This document shows, piece by piece, positions 26,802 through 37,104 of a stretch of DNA of 64,000 nt. How positions within the stretch are numbered: position 1 is the first letter of the stretch; each line of letters starts with the position of its first letter. The position numbers and the translations under genes were made by a program. Origin of the DNA: an uncultured delta proteobacterium (GTDB taxonomy: Bacteria > Myxococcota_A > Polyangia > Polyangiales > Polyangiaceae); assembly GCA_963696385.1 (NCBI GenBank), contig CAVOKF010000007.1:352001-416000 (forward strand), given 5' to 3'. The notes under the pieces are model-generated. The model saw only the letters and a list, made by a program, of their open reading frames with translations, made no database searches and was not told where the DNA came from.

Positions 26802-28670
26802 GTGAGCGCAAGCGTGCCTTCGGGAGCCGGCACCCACCCTGGGCGCCCTCGCAACCGCCGGTTCGCCATCGGTCGGCTTACCTTCGCACTGATCGTCAGC
26901 CTGGCCCGGACCGCGCAGCCTCACGTGATGTTTCCCTCGTATGCGACCTACGGCGCGCCTCGAATCCAGCTGAAGGGCCACGCTCGGGTGGAAGCCACGG
27001 TCACGACCGCCTCCAAGGGGTCCGTCACGATCCTCACGGGAACCGTCACCGACGACGCGTCGAACGCCGCTCCCGCGCGCGTCGCGCTCCGCGTCGTTCA
27101 CGCGACCGACGCCGGAGCCAACGACCGGGATGCGGACGTCGCGATCGCCTCGGCCTCGCCGGAGTCCTGCGGCCCTTCGAGGGACGGCGCAGGGCGAATC
27201 GCCATCGAAACGTCCACGCGGCTGGTTCTGTGGACCGACGCCTCCGCGCGGTTTTGCGTCCGGCTCGTCCTGGTGCCGGATCGCTACGTCGCGATCCTCG
27301 ACGTGAGCGGTGCACCCTGGCTCGACGACGCGACGATCGCCGTGCCGTTCGATCTGTTGCGCAAAAACCTGACGCTCACCTTCGATCCGGAGCCTTCGGC
27401 ACTCTCGATCGACGACAACGCCGTCGCGATCGTCGTCGCAGCCTCGACCGAGGAGGAGGGCCGCACGAAGCCCGCGGCCGACCTGACGATTCAGCTCTCG
27501 GCGGAAACCGGACGCGGGATCGGTCGTGCCACGACGGATGCATCCGGACGTGCGCGCTTCTCGGTGCCGATCTCCGAGATCGGACCTCCGGGGCCCGGCG
27601 AGCTGCGGGCCACTTTCTCGGGCGATGCGGACACCGAACCCGCCACTCGGGTCACGTCGGTCGAGCGACGCACGGTCGTCCGTCTGATCGCGCCCGACGC
27701 GCGCGCAGGGCTGCTGCCCGCCGGGGGTCCAGAGGACGGAATCCGTCTGCGCGTGCGGGCGATCGCCGATTGTTCGTCTCGTGGATGCCGCACGATGCCG
27801 TCCGGCATCGTGACGGCACGCGTCGAGGACACCGTCGTAGGCGCCGCAGCCCTCGTGGACGGCGAAGCCCGCCTCGCGGTCCACGTTGCGGCGCCGGACG
27901 TCCGGCCCGTCGCGATCGCCCTTCGTTACGTTTCGGGCGCGCCTTGGTTTCGGACCTCCGGCGATCTCCTCGTCGTGCAGCCGGTCCGTGGCCCGAGCCG
28001 CTGGGGCCGGATCGGCATCGTGCTGGCCGGTTTGGCAGCACTCGCATGGTTTGTGGCGATGCGAATTCGGATCCCGGCACGGCGCGATCCGATGCGGCCG
28101 GCAGGTGACCCCGGCCCGATCGTAGCGGGGATCCGCCAGGTCGAAGCGGACCCCTCGACGGGGGGCTGGAGAGGTCGGATTGTGGACGCTCATGATAGCG
28201 GCTGCATTTCCGGCGCAACGGTCCGTGTCGAGCGAGCCACCTTCACGACAAGCGAGGTCATCGCTCAGGTTCTGTCCGACAGCCGAGGAGAGTTCAGCCT
28301 GCCTCTGGAGCACGCACTGCCGAGCGACCGGCTGGTCATCGAGTCGGCGCATCATGTCGAGTTGGAGCACCCGCTGCCGCGTCGGGGGGTTCTCGAAATC
28401 GCCTTGGTCCTCCGACGACGCGCCCTGCTCGATCGTCTGGTCGATTGGGCGCGCAGGCGAGGAAGCCCGTTCGATGCGCGCCCGGAGCCCACCCCCGGCC
28501 AGGTCCGGGTAGCGGCCTCTTCGGAACCGACCGTCGCACGATGGGCCGATGCGGTCGAACGCGCCGCCTTCGGGGGGGTCCAAGTGGACTCGGCCGCGCA
28601 AGCCGAGGTGGACCGTCTCGACCCCGACGCACCGCCCGAAGCGACGGCCCGATCGGAGCGAGTACGTTGA
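26802..28670 (+). CDS. Membrane protein with Ig-like/carboxypeptidase-regulatory-like beta domains
   Basis: Beta-rich repeats (ATTDASGRARFS; GRIVDAHD..ISGATVRV..SDSRGEFSL) and a TM helix; start uncertain. Confidence 0.65.
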   Translation: MSASVPSGAGTHPGRPRNRRFAIGRLTFALIVSLARTAQPHVMFPSYATYGAPRIQLKGHARVEATVTTASKGSVTILTGTVTDDASNAAPARVALRVVHATDAGANDRDADVAIASASPESCGPSRDGAGRIAIETSTRLVLWTDASARFCVRLVLVPDRYVAILDVSGAPWLDDATIAVPFDLLRKNLTLTFDPEPSALSIDDNAVAIVVAASTEEEGRTKPAADLTIQLSAETGRGIGRATTDASGRARFSVPISEIGPPGPGELRATFSGDADTEPATRVTSVERRTVVRLIAPDARAGLLPAGGPEDGIRLRVRAIADCSSRGCRTMPSGIVTARVEDTVVGAAALVDGEARLAVHVAAPDVRPVAIALRYVSGAPWFRTSGDLLVVQPVRGPSRWGRIGIVLAGLAALAWFVAMRIRIPARRDPMRPAGDPGPIVAGIRQVEADPSTGGWRGRIVDAHDSGCISGATVRVERATFTTSEVIAQVLSDSRGEFSLPLEHALPSDRLVIESAHHVELEHPLPRRGVLEIALVLRRRALLDRLVDWARRRGSPFDARPEPTPGQVRVAASSEPTVARWADAVERAAFGGVQVDSAAQAEVDRLDPDAPPEATARSERVR

Positions 28671-28730
28671 CGGCGATCGCCCGGGATCCGTATAGTCGCG
28701 CGCCCCGCCGCGACTGGCGGAATTTGCCCG

Positions 28731-29936
28731 ATGATCACTGTCGTCATCCTCGTCGCGCTCGTCGTCGTGGTCGGCGCGTTCGCCGTCGGTCTCGCGCGGT
28801 GGCGTGCCGTCTCCGGGCTCCAGACGACGGCCGAATCGCCGTTGACCCGCCAACCACCGCCTCCGCTGATCCCCCAGAAGAATCGCGAGTCGACGCCTGG
28901 GATTCCCATCACCGAGTCTCTCCCCGAGTCGGACGTCGTTTCCGACCGCGGACGTGTAGCCCCCGCCAAAGCCAGCCTCGCCGAGGCGCCCCCACCGGTC
29001 AAGAAAGACATCGCCGGCCTGCGCAAAGGACTGGCCGCGACGCGCGGCGGTTTCATCGCCAAGTTGACGGCCCTGTTTCAGGGCAAAAAGGAGTTTGACC
29101 CGGCGATCCTCGAGCAGCTGGAAGAGGTGATGCTCGCAAGCGACGTCGGGCCCAAGACGACCCAATCCATCCTGGCGCGTTTGCGCGAGTCGCTGGGTCG
29201 AAACGAACTGCGGGACGCGGATACGATGTGGGCAGCCCTGCGCGCCGAAGCAACCCGCATTCTCACGATCGGCGAAGGGGCTATCCGCGTATCGACGAAA
29301 CCAACCGTCGTATTGATGGTGGGCGTAAACGGTGTGGGGAAAACAACGACGATCGGAAAGCTCGCAACGCATTACACATCAATCAATAAAAAAGTGGTGT
29401 TGGCGGCCGGCGACACTTTTCGCGCTGCCGCCGTTCAACAGCTCGAGATTTGGGGTAAACGGGTAGGCGTCGAAGTCGTCCGCGGCAAAGAGGGCGCTGA
29501 CCCCGGAGCCGTGGCCTTCGACGCCACGACGCGGGCCAAAGAAGTGGGCGCGGATCTGCTCTTGGTCGATACGGCGGGGCGACTGCATACGAAGGTTCCC
29601 CTGATGGACGAAATCAAAAAAGTTCGAAAGACGATCGGAAAGGCCCTGGAAGGGGCCCCCCACGAAACGTTGCTCGTGCTCGACGCCACGACCGGGCAGA
29701 ATGCGCTTCAACAGGCTTCGATGTTTCGAGACGCCTTGGACTTGACCGGGATCGTGTTGACGAAATTGGACGGCACGGCCAAGGGGGGCATCGTGCTCGC
29801 AATCTGTGACGAATTGCGCGTTCCGGTGCGTTATGTGGGTCTCGGGGAGCGCGCCGAAGACTTGCGCGAGTTTCACGCCGACGAGTTCGTGGAGGCCTTG
29901 TTCGGCAGGGGCGAGGAGGAAGTCGCCGCTGCGTGA
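28731..29936 (+). CDS. ftsY: Signal recognition particle receptor FtsY (N-terminal TM anchor)
   Basis: GVNGVGKTTTIGKLA, GDTFRAAA, DTAGRLH, TKLDGTAKGG motifs. Confidence 0.98.
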   Translation: MITVVILVALVVVVGAFAVGLARWRAVSGLQTTAESPLTRQPPPPLIPQKNRESTPGIPITESLPESDVVSDRGRVAPAKASLAEAPPPVKKDIAGLRKGLAATRGGFIAKLTALFQGKKEFDPAILEQLEEVMLASDVGPKTTQSILARLRESLGRNELRDADTMWAALRAEATRILTIGEGAIRVSTKPTVVLMVGVNGVGKTTTIGKLATHYTSINKKVVLAAGDTFRAAAVQQLEIWGKRVGVEVVRGKEGADPGAVAFDATTRAKEVGADLLLVDTAGRLHTKVPLMDEIKKVRKTIGKALEGAPHETLLVLDATTGQNALQQASMFRDALDLTGIVLTKLDGTAKGGIVLAICDELRVPVRYVGLGERAEDLREFHADEFVEALFGRGEEEVAAA

Positions 29937-30335
29937 GAATCCGAACCGCACGCGGCCGGTGCCTCCGGCACCTGCCGCTCTCGCCCCCAACACTCTCTCA
30001 AGACATCCGTCGCCCCGAGACCCGGCGCTCGAGGGTGGCATCGAGCGCCGCTCGAGGGCGCAGCTGATTCATTGTGACATGATCCGGGCCAACACCGACT
30101 CAAACAAACCGATACCGGCCGTGGGTGGAGATTTTGGGACTTGATCCAGCGGCTTGACACTTAATCCCGTTGCTCAGCCGAAATCGCGCTGATATAGTCG
30201 CGCTCTCTTTTGCTGTAAGCCTGATTCCCCAACAATTTTGATAGTTTAGCACGACCTGTCGTGATGATGACTGTGTGGCCGTTTCGTTGGAGCAGGCGGC
30301 CAAACAACGCCTCGAAGGATGCAGAAGGGGTAGCG

Positions 30336-31409
30336 ATGAAGCAGGCTCGCAGGTGGCTTCTACTGGCGGCAGCCATGGTGCTCGTGCCGCAAGCGGCACA
30401 CGCGCAGAAGAAGCCCACCAAGGGCGGGAACAACGGGGCCGCTACGGCCGCCCCCACCGGCGGAAGCCCCGCCCCCGCAGACGCAGATGCCGAACCATCC
30501 GCAACGCCGGCGACACCGCCTGCCGCGGGGGATCAAACGACCGCCGCTCCAGGCGCTCCGGCCACCCCGGGTGCGCCGGCCGCGGGCGAGCTCGCCGCGC
30601 CGGGCGGCGAAGCCGCCGGGACGCCCGACATCTGCCAGATCACCCCCGACGCGCCGCAGTGCCAGGTCGCGAAGGAAATCAATCTGAATACGGAGGCGAA
30701 GAAGTCGATACGAGCGGAGGTCTACGCCGTACAGCAGCAGTACGTCATCAAGGCCCACAGGCTCGAGATCATGCCGTACTTCGCGTTCACGCTGAACGAC
30801 CAGTTCGTCAGTCACGACGCGCCCGGCCTTGCCCTCAACTATTACATTACCCAGGTGCTCGCCGTCGGTCTCAATGGAAATTGGTACGGTGGACTGAATT
30901 CCAACTCGGATTTCGATTTCGAGGTTCGCCGCTCCGCCATCATCGAGGTTCCGCTGAATGACTACCAGGCGAGCGGCGACCTGAACTTCACCTACGTACC
31001 GATGTACGGCAAGTTTGCTGGCTTCGGCGACTTCATATTCAACTACGACGCCTACATCGAGGGGGGCGTTGGTCTCATTCGCACCAAACCGATTCCGGTC
31101 ATCGACCCCGATAACCGCAAGTTCGACTGGAACAACCTCGTCGACTTCGACGTCGGCATCGGCTTCCGAATCTTCTTCAATCGCTGGCTCGCGGCGATCA
31201 TCGAGGTGCGAGACATCATGTTCTTCGACAAGATCGAGAACTATAAGGTCGCCAGCGGTGCCACGACGTTGCCGTTGAACAGTCCGCAAAATCCGCTGAA
31301 TCCGGCGACTTGGTACGACCCGAGCACGCACTTCACGAACGACGTTCAGCTGCAGGTCGGCCTGTCGTTCTTCTTGCCAACCTCCTTCGACTACCGGTTG
31401 CCCAAGTGA
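30336..31409 (+). CDS. gltB: Myxobacterial outer-membrane beta-barrel protein, GltB-like
   Basis: Signal peptide, Pro/Ala linker, VYAVQQ..KAHRLEI.P....LNDQF, YVPMYGKF, C-terminal VGLSFFLP; A versus B assigned by gene order only. Confidence 0.7.
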   Translation: MKQARRWLLLAAAMVLVPQAAHAQKKPTKGGNNGAATAAPTGGSPAPADADAEPSATPATPPAAGDQTTAAPGAPATPGAPAAGELAAPGGEAAGTPDICQITPDAPQCQVAKEINLNTEAKKSIRAEVYAVQQQYVIKAHRLEIMPYFAFTLNDQFVSHDAPGLALNYYITQVLAVGLNGNWYGGLNSNSDFDFEVRRSAIIEVPLNDYQASGDLNFTYVPMYGKFAGFGDFIFNYDAYIEGGVGLIRTKPIPVIDPDNRKFDWNNLVDFDVGIGFRIFFNRWLAAIIEVRDIMFFDKIENYKVASGATTLPLNSPQNPLNPATWYDPSTHFTNDVQLQVGLSFFLPTSFDYRLPK

Positions 31410-31429
31410 GAACCCAGACAAGGACGACG

Positions 31430-32296
31430 ATGAACCGGCGTTTCATCCGTGCGGTGTTGGCCTCCGTCGCGGCCGCTGCCGCACTGTTGTTGCCGGCTCG
31501 ACCGGCGCAGGCACAGGAGCTTCAGCTGACCGGACCGCTCAAGGGTGCGCCCGCGGTTCGACACCTGCGGCTGTATCGCAAGGGCCGCCTCGAAATCTCG
31601 CCGTCGGCTTCGTTCACGCTGCTGGACGAATACCGGCGGACCATCTTGGCGGGCGCCCAGATCAACTACGCGATCACGGATTGGCTGGCGATCGGCGCGT
31701 GGGGCGCAGCGGGAGTGGTCAGCTCGGCGACCAAGCTCACGACCGAGATCGACGAGACGGCTCCGCGCGACATACGGACGGCGACGCAGGTCGATCACAG
31801 CACGTCGCCCTATGGGGGCCAGGCCTCGTTCACCGATCAGACGGCCCGAATCAACTACATCATCGCCCCGCAGCTCACGTTCATTCCGTTCCGCGGCAAG
31901 CTCGCTATTTTCAACAAGATCTTCGTCGACAGCGATCTGTACCTCGCCGCCGGCGTGGCCTTCGTTGGAATCAAGGAACGCGCGAGTTGCGGAGGAACGA
32001 ACGAGGTCTCCTGCTACCAACCGCAGTCGTTCGATCTCGCCTCGGAAACCAAGATCGCGCCCACGTTCGGCGTCGGCTTCCGCTTTTATCCCGCCGGCTT
32101 TTGGTCGCTGGGGGTCGAGTACCGCGCCGTTCCATTTTCCTGGAACCGCGGGGGCTTCGACACGCGCGGATCGGGGCCCAACGGCGATTACCCCGACGGG
32201 CAAATCAATTCTCAGGACGATACGTTCAAGTTCAACCAGTTGGTCACGGTGTCGATCGGCTTCTACTTCCCCACGGCGCCGAAGCTCACCGACTGA
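31430..32296 (+). CDS. gltA: Myxobacterial outer-membrane beta-barrel protein, GltA-like
   Basis: Paralogous to the upstream barrel (RKGRLEISP..SFTLLDEY, IPFRGKLAIF, SIGFYFP). Confidence 0.7.
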   Translation: MNRRFIRAVLASVAAAAALLLPARPAQAQELQLTGPLKGAPAVRHLRLYRKGRLEISPSASFTLLDEYRRTILAGAQINYAITDWLAIGAWGAAGVVSSATKLTTEIDETAPRDIRTATQVDHSTSPYGGQASFTDQTARINYIIAPQLTFIPFRGKLAIFNKIFVDSDLYLAAGVAFVGIKERASCGGTNEVSCYQPQSFDLASETKIAPTFGVGFRFYPAGFWSLGVEYRAVPFSWNRGGFDTRGSGPNGDYPDGQINSQDDTFKFNQLVTVSIGFYFPTAPKLTD

Positions 32297-32467
32297 GCGA
32301 GGGCGAACGTCCCGCCGGCCGTGCGGGATCCGATCGTCCGGGACGGCCTCGCTCCGAGGCTCGATCCCGCGAGCCGCGGCGACCGACGCGACCGCGCCAT
32401 GGCTCAGCTGACCTGGATGGACCCCTTCCGGGCCCTTCGCTCGAACGATTCCGCCGGCACGGCCCCA

Positions 32468-33211
32468 TCAGGGGCTACGTTTGACCACGCGACCGGCGCC
32501 GTCCACCGTGTACGGCGACGGCAGGGCCCGACGAGCGGCGTCGCGCTGATCGGCCGCGATCGTCCACGCCCGTGCCGCCAGACCTTCGGCGATGCGGGTG
32601 CGCACGCGGACACTCTCCTCGTCGAGCAAAAGCACCGTGAGGGGTGCCGTGCTCGCCGCATCTTCTTGAGCCAGAAGCGTCGAGACCGCGTGAAAGCGCG
32701 CGGGCTCGTTCACGTCGTGGAGAAACCGCTCGACCTGATCGCGAATGCCGGGATGCCGGTGATCCTCGAGCGCTCTCAAGATTTGCACTTTGGGATCCAC
32801 GAACTTTTGGTACTCGGTGTCCCATCTCGAAAGCCAGCGGAGCAGCTCTTCGACGTACTCGTTGTCGTCGGCGAGCTCTTTCAAGATCTTCACGGGCCAC
32901 GCCAGGCTCTCGGCCTTGTTGGCGAACGCTCGCACCGGTTCGATCGCAGCATGCCCCGCGCGAAGGACCCCGCGAAAGGCCGATTCCTTTTCTTCCTGAT
33001 CGGTGATCGACGGATCCATCTGAAACGTAAACCGCTTGAGCAGAGCCTCCGCCGCCTCGGCGGTGCCCATTTCGGCGAGCGCCTGAATCGCCTCCTGCCT
33101 GTCGTAGTTCTGGACGCGCTTCTCGATGCGATCCGCCCATTTGGCTGCCGGATTGATCTTCACGCGCGGCTTGGGTGGCGCGCCACTCTTGAATCGATCG
33201 AAGAGACCCAT
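32468..33211 (-). CDS. HEAT-repeat protein
   Basis: MGLFDRF start; RQEAIQALAEMG, FLHDVNEPARFHAVSTL, EESVRVRTRIAEGL repeats. Confidence 0.8.
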   Translation of the reverse strand: MGLFDRFKSGAPPKPRVKINPAAKWADRIEKRVQNYDRQEAIQALAEMGTAEAAEALLKRFTFQMDPSITDQEEKESAFRGVLRAGHAAIEPVRAFANKAESLAWPVKILKELADDNEYVEELLRWLSRWDTEYQKFVDPKVQILRALEDHRHPGIRDQVERFLHDVNEPARFHAVSTLLAQEDAASTAPLTVLLLDEESVRVRTRIAEGLAARAWTIAADQRDAARRALPSPYTVDGAGRVVKRSP

Positions 33212-33338
33212 GACTTGCTTTCCCGGTACCCCGGATCGGCCGCGCGGCAAACGCTAGTCTGCCCCTCACCGGACCGAACGCAAAGAGCCGACCGCCGACT
33301 CTACCGCACGCTGATACATACGCGGACGGCGCCGATCC

Positions 33339-34770
33339 TCAAGGCAGGGGCACAGCGATCAGAACGACCTCTTTGTTCCGGGACTGAACCTGGTAACGCA
33401 CGGGCCGACCGTACTTCTGCTCCGCGTCCGACTCCATGTTTTGGATGCGGGCCGTGAACGTCGCTTCGCTGACGTGCTCGGTCGATTCGCCGATGGCGTT
33501 CTTGGCCGCCACGTACTCGGCGTAGATCCGGGCATAGTATTGCGCCGCGGGCTCGGCGGCCAGGGCCTGAACCTGATCGGTCGCGATCCCGCCCGACGTT
33601 TGATCGTCCAGGGCCTCGGTGTAACGAGATGGGTGGCTCGATACGGAGACCCGGCCTTCGGCGTCGGTGGTGTCCTCCTCGACGCCCATCAGCTGATTGA
33701 GCAGTTGATCGATGCGAAATGCGAGCCCGCCGAGCTCCGAATGTTCGAGTTCGAAGCGCTTGTCGGTCTGCCCGTTCAGGATGGCGAGAAGCCCTTCCTC
33801 CAGCATGTTGATCGGCCTCGTGATGTAACTGCCGAGCATCCAGCTCGCGACGACGACGAGGACGATTCCCATCGCGAGCGCCCCGAGAATCGGCAAGAGA
33901 ACGAACATCGTCGGGTCTGCGATGAGCGACGCGGGCGCCGCGACGACGATGAGAGCTCGCTGCCCTTCGCCAAAAGCGGCGAGCGGCGCGGCCGCCATGA
34001 GCAGAATCGGCCTCCCTTATCACGTCGGTTTGCTGATGACCGAGCGCGTTCTTGAGCATGTCTTTGGAAGCGCTCTGCACGCCCTCGTCGAGCTGCGCCG
34101 CCTGCAGGGCCGAATGGCCCACCACTTCGAATCCGTCGCCTTTCGGAACGACGAGCACGATGGGCCGTCCGGTGGTCGCCTCGCTGACGCGCGACAGCGT
34201 GTCGTTCAGAGGGCGCCCGATGACGAGGCTGCCGACAATCTTGCCTTGATCGTCTCGGACCGCAACGTACGATGCGAGGTAGCGATCGCGCTCGTACCAC
34301 ACGTCGGAGCCGGATTGCCCGGTCCGCAGCGTGGCGGAAAGACCGCTGTTGGCGCTCGCCAGGTCGTCGCCACGACTGAGGCTCGAGTTGTTGCGCCCGA
34401 CGATCCGGCCGTTGGCGTCGACGATGGCGACCAGCGTCGGCACGTTTCGGTCGAACAAGGAAGCGTTCTTCATGCGGCTGACCAGGGCATCGCACTGCGT
34501 CGTCGCCGCATCGCCCCGGGCCGTCGCCGTCGCCTTGCTCAACGCATCCAACGTCGCAGCCTCGGAGGCCGCCGCGGCGAGCCAACGCTCGGCTCTCAGC
34601 CCATCGAGCTGAAGGCGGCTGGCGGCCCCGTTCGCGGCGTCTTCGGCTTGCGCCGAGAGCTCGTCCTTGTTGCCGGTCGCCGTGCCGAGTGCAGAGCGCA
34701 CGAGCAAGAACGACAGCAGAGAGACGATGACCACGATCAACGAGTTGACCGCGATGAGCTTGATTCGCAT
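33339..34770 (-). CDS. MXAN_5187-like membrane protein (TM, periplasmic Cache-like region, TM, HAMP, C-terminal domain); +1 frameshift at ~34005
   Basis: ORF 33301-34770 and ORF 33339-33998 join as ..VIREAD|LLMAAAP.. if one base of AGAATC is removed; C-terminal IYAEYVAAK..GE..KYG..VRYQV motif. Confidence 0.75.
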
Positions 34771-34944
34771 TGGCTCTCGGAACTCCTCCCCGCAAACCCC
34801 GCACTCGGACGCGCGCTACGTTACCAAGATCAGGCCCACTCGACCTCGAAAGAGACAGGCGCCCTCACGCGCTGCCGCTTTCACTCACCAAAAACGCTAT
34901 CATTCGCCCACCGACGGCGGCAACATGCGTGTAGGCGGCGGCGC

Positions 34945-35979
34945 ATGACTCCGGAAACCGCGCCGCCGCTCGCACTGGTCGTCGACGAGCCACGGTTCGA
35001 TCGGCACGTGCCGACGGGCCACCACCCGGAACGTCCCGAGCGGCTCGTCGCCGCGCGCGACGCTCTGGCTCGGACGTCGGTCCGCTTCGAGCGCGTGCCG
35101 GGGCGGGCCGCGACCGACGAGGAGCTCGGCCGAGTGCACCGGCCGAGTTTTCTCGCCGCGCTGTCGAAGCTACGCGGCCGAAGCGGGTACGTGGACCCGG
35201 ACACGTACGTGTCGCCCGACAGCGTCGACGTGGCGGTGTGGGCCGCGGGCTCGCTCGTGGCGATGGTGAACGCGATCCTCGACGGCCCCGTGTCCAAGGG
35301 CATCGCGTTACTGAGGCCGCCCGGCCACCACGCGCGACCCGCGAGCGCGATGGGGTTTTGCCTCTTGAACCATGTCGCGATCGCGGCCGCCCACGCTCAG
35401 TCCCGGGGCCTCGAGCGAATCGCCGTAGTCGATTGGGACGTGCATCACGGCAACGGCACGCAAGAGATCTTCTGGCGCGATCCGCGCGTGCTCTACGTGT
35501 CGACGCACCAGTTTCCCTGGTATCCGGGAACCGGGGCGGTCGACGAGATCGGCGAGAACGAGGGCCGAGGTTACACGGTGAACGTGCCGCTCGCGGCGGG
35601 TGGGGGCGACGCCGTGTACGCCAGCGCATTCGAGCGCATCGTGCTGCCGGTGGTCGAATCGTTTGCGCCCGAACTCGTTCTCGTGAGCGCCGGATTCGAT
35701 GCGTCGGCACGCGATCCTCTGGGTCAAATGGATCTGTCGCCGGATGCATTCGGATGGATGGCACAACGGCTTTCGCAGATCGCAAGCGGCTCCGCCCAGG
35801 GGCGCATCGCGCTCGTGCTCGAGGGTGGCTACGATCTGGTGGCGCTCGAAGCCGGGATCGCGAAGGCCATCGACGGATTGGTGCTCGGACGAGCGGCCGA
35901 CTTGCCGCGCGCCGATGACGACGAGGGGATCGATCGCGCAGCGCGAGTCGCGCAGCAGAATTGGAAAGCGGTCGGTTAG
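34945..35979 (+). CDS. Zn-dependent histone deacetylase-family protein (class II-like)
   Basis: HPERPERL, RPPGHHA, GFC, DWDVHHGNGTQ, SAGFD, LEGGY motifs. Confidence 0.95.
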   Translation: MTPETAPPLALVVDEPRFDRHVPTGHHPERPERLVAARDALARTSVRFERVPGRAATDEELGRVHRPSFLAALSKLRGRSGYVDPDTYVSPDSVDVAVWAAGSLVAMVNAILDGPVSKGIALLRPPGHHARPASAMGFCLLNHVAIAAAHAQSRGLERIAVVDWDVHHGNGTQEIFWRDPRVLYVSTHQFPWYPGTGAVDEIGENEGRGYTVNVPLAAGGGDAVYASAFERIVLPVVESFAPELVLVSAGFDASARDPLGQMDLSPDAFGWMAQRLSQIASGSAQGRIALVLEGGYDLVALEAGIAKAIDGLVLGRAADLPRADDDEGIDRAARVAQQNWKAVG

Positions 35980-36121
<142 letters not shown>

Positions 36122-36212
36122 TCCACGTGAACATCGAGAGCGGTCCTCGCGCCAGGCTTGGGGCCTGGCACTGCGGCCGCACCGTGCGGCGACCTTTCAG
36201 CGGGTCGTTTGT

Positions 36213-36411
36213 CTGAAGACTGATTCACTTCTGCCGTTCCAACGACTCGACGCGTACAAGGTCGCGAAGGAGCTCGCTCGTCGCGTTCACGAGGTGCACA
36301 TCGGCCGTCGATCTCGCCGAGGCGATCGGCGCTCTCGGGGCGGATGCCACGGGCGAGCTGTTGGCGCTCGCGATCCGTCTCAAGCGGATGATTCGCGCGT
36401 TGCATCGCTGA
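36213..36411 (+). pseudogene. Four-helix-bundle (23S rRNA IVP/Avd-like) gene with internal deletion
   Basis: LPFQRLDAYKVAKELARRVHEVHI joined out of frame to AVDLAEAIGAL...LKRMIRALHR*; the middle ~45-50 codons are missing relative to the neighbouring paralog. Confidence 0.75.
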
Positions 36412-36462
36412 CCGGTCGCGACGGGACGGCGCGCGGTGGACGCCGCGGGCCGCCGTTGGCTG

Positions 36463-36801
36463 TCACCGAATGAGCCGCGTCGTCATGGCGACGAACCGGT
36501 CCGCATGCGACAGCACTGCGTTGATTGCCTCGCCGCTCGCGTCGCCCGCGGCGATGGCGATCTCGACCGCCGCGGCCGCTTCGCACGCCTCCGCTCGCGC
36601 AATCGCGAATGCACGCGCCTTGTCCGCGGGACTCACTCGACCCGCGGCTTCCGCCGCGTTGAGACACGCGCTCTTGGCCGCGCGCATCGCCTGATCCCGC
36701 AAGTGACTGTCGCGAATCCGAGCCTCACGAACCGCCGCGAGAAGTTTCATCGCGACGCCGTACGCTTCGAGTTTGTGGTGGGGGAGCCGAGTGTCCTGCA
36801 T
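36463..36801 (-). CDS. Four-helix-bundle protein (TIGR02436 / 23S rRNA IVP family, Avd-like fold)
   Basis: HKLEAY..A...LRDQAMRAAKSACLNAAEAAGR..ADKARAFAIARAEACE fits the family pattern L.DQ..RAA.S...N.AE..GR. Confidence 0.88.
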   Translation of the reverse strand: MQDTRLPHHKLEAYGVAMKLLAAVREARIRDSHLRDQAMRAAKSACLNAAEAAGRVSPADKARAFAIARAEACEAAAAVEIAIAAGDASGEAINAVLSHADRFVAMTTRLIR

Positions 36802-36845
36802 GGGCCGTGTTCCTTTCGCCCCGTCGAAGGAACACGGCCCATGCA
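36797..36845 (-). promoter_or_regulatory. Perfect 19-bp inverted repeat sequestering the RBS (AAAGGA) and ATG of the four-helix-bundle gene
   Basis: TGCATGGGCCGTGTTCCTT (36797-36815) and AAGGAACACGGCCCATGCA (36827-36845). Confidence 0.85.
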
Positions 36846-37085
36846 TCCGAAGACCGCCAATCGAACGAGCGACCCCAAGGTTGCAACCTCAATGACGCCG
36901 CAACGCGGCGGCATGAGGTTGCACGTAGCGAGACGCGGCACCGAAATGGGCCTTCCTTGACCCGCTCGATCCAGGATGCCTTTGGGCTGGTGAGCGTCTG
37001 CCATTCCTTGGGTCACTTCCGCTTCTCCGCTTGTCTGACACCCTACGAGAAGCGGCTCCCTTCATCCGTGCTCTCGTGCGGCGAG

Positions 37086-37104
37086 ACGCGCCGCTTCGGC
37101 GCGT
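37086..37104 (-). terminator. GC hairpin just downstream of the PIN toxin gene
   Basis: ACGCGCCG-CTT-CGGCGCGT; no strong U-tract. Confidence 0.4.

Noticed and set aside
26784..29372. N-terminal ~860 aa of the 1146-aa minus ORF
   Set aside because: Antisense to the Ig-like gene and ftsY; only the last ~283 aa look like a real HEAT protein
29280..29480. Locally AT-richer stretch inside ftsY
   Set aside because: Frame and GTPase motifs intact; too short to argue for foreign origin
33339..34770. Programmed frameshifting or true pseudogene status for the four frameshifted genes
   Set aside because: No slippery heptamers, the genes are otherwise intact, and all indels share one motif, which favours a sequencing artefact; not provable without reads
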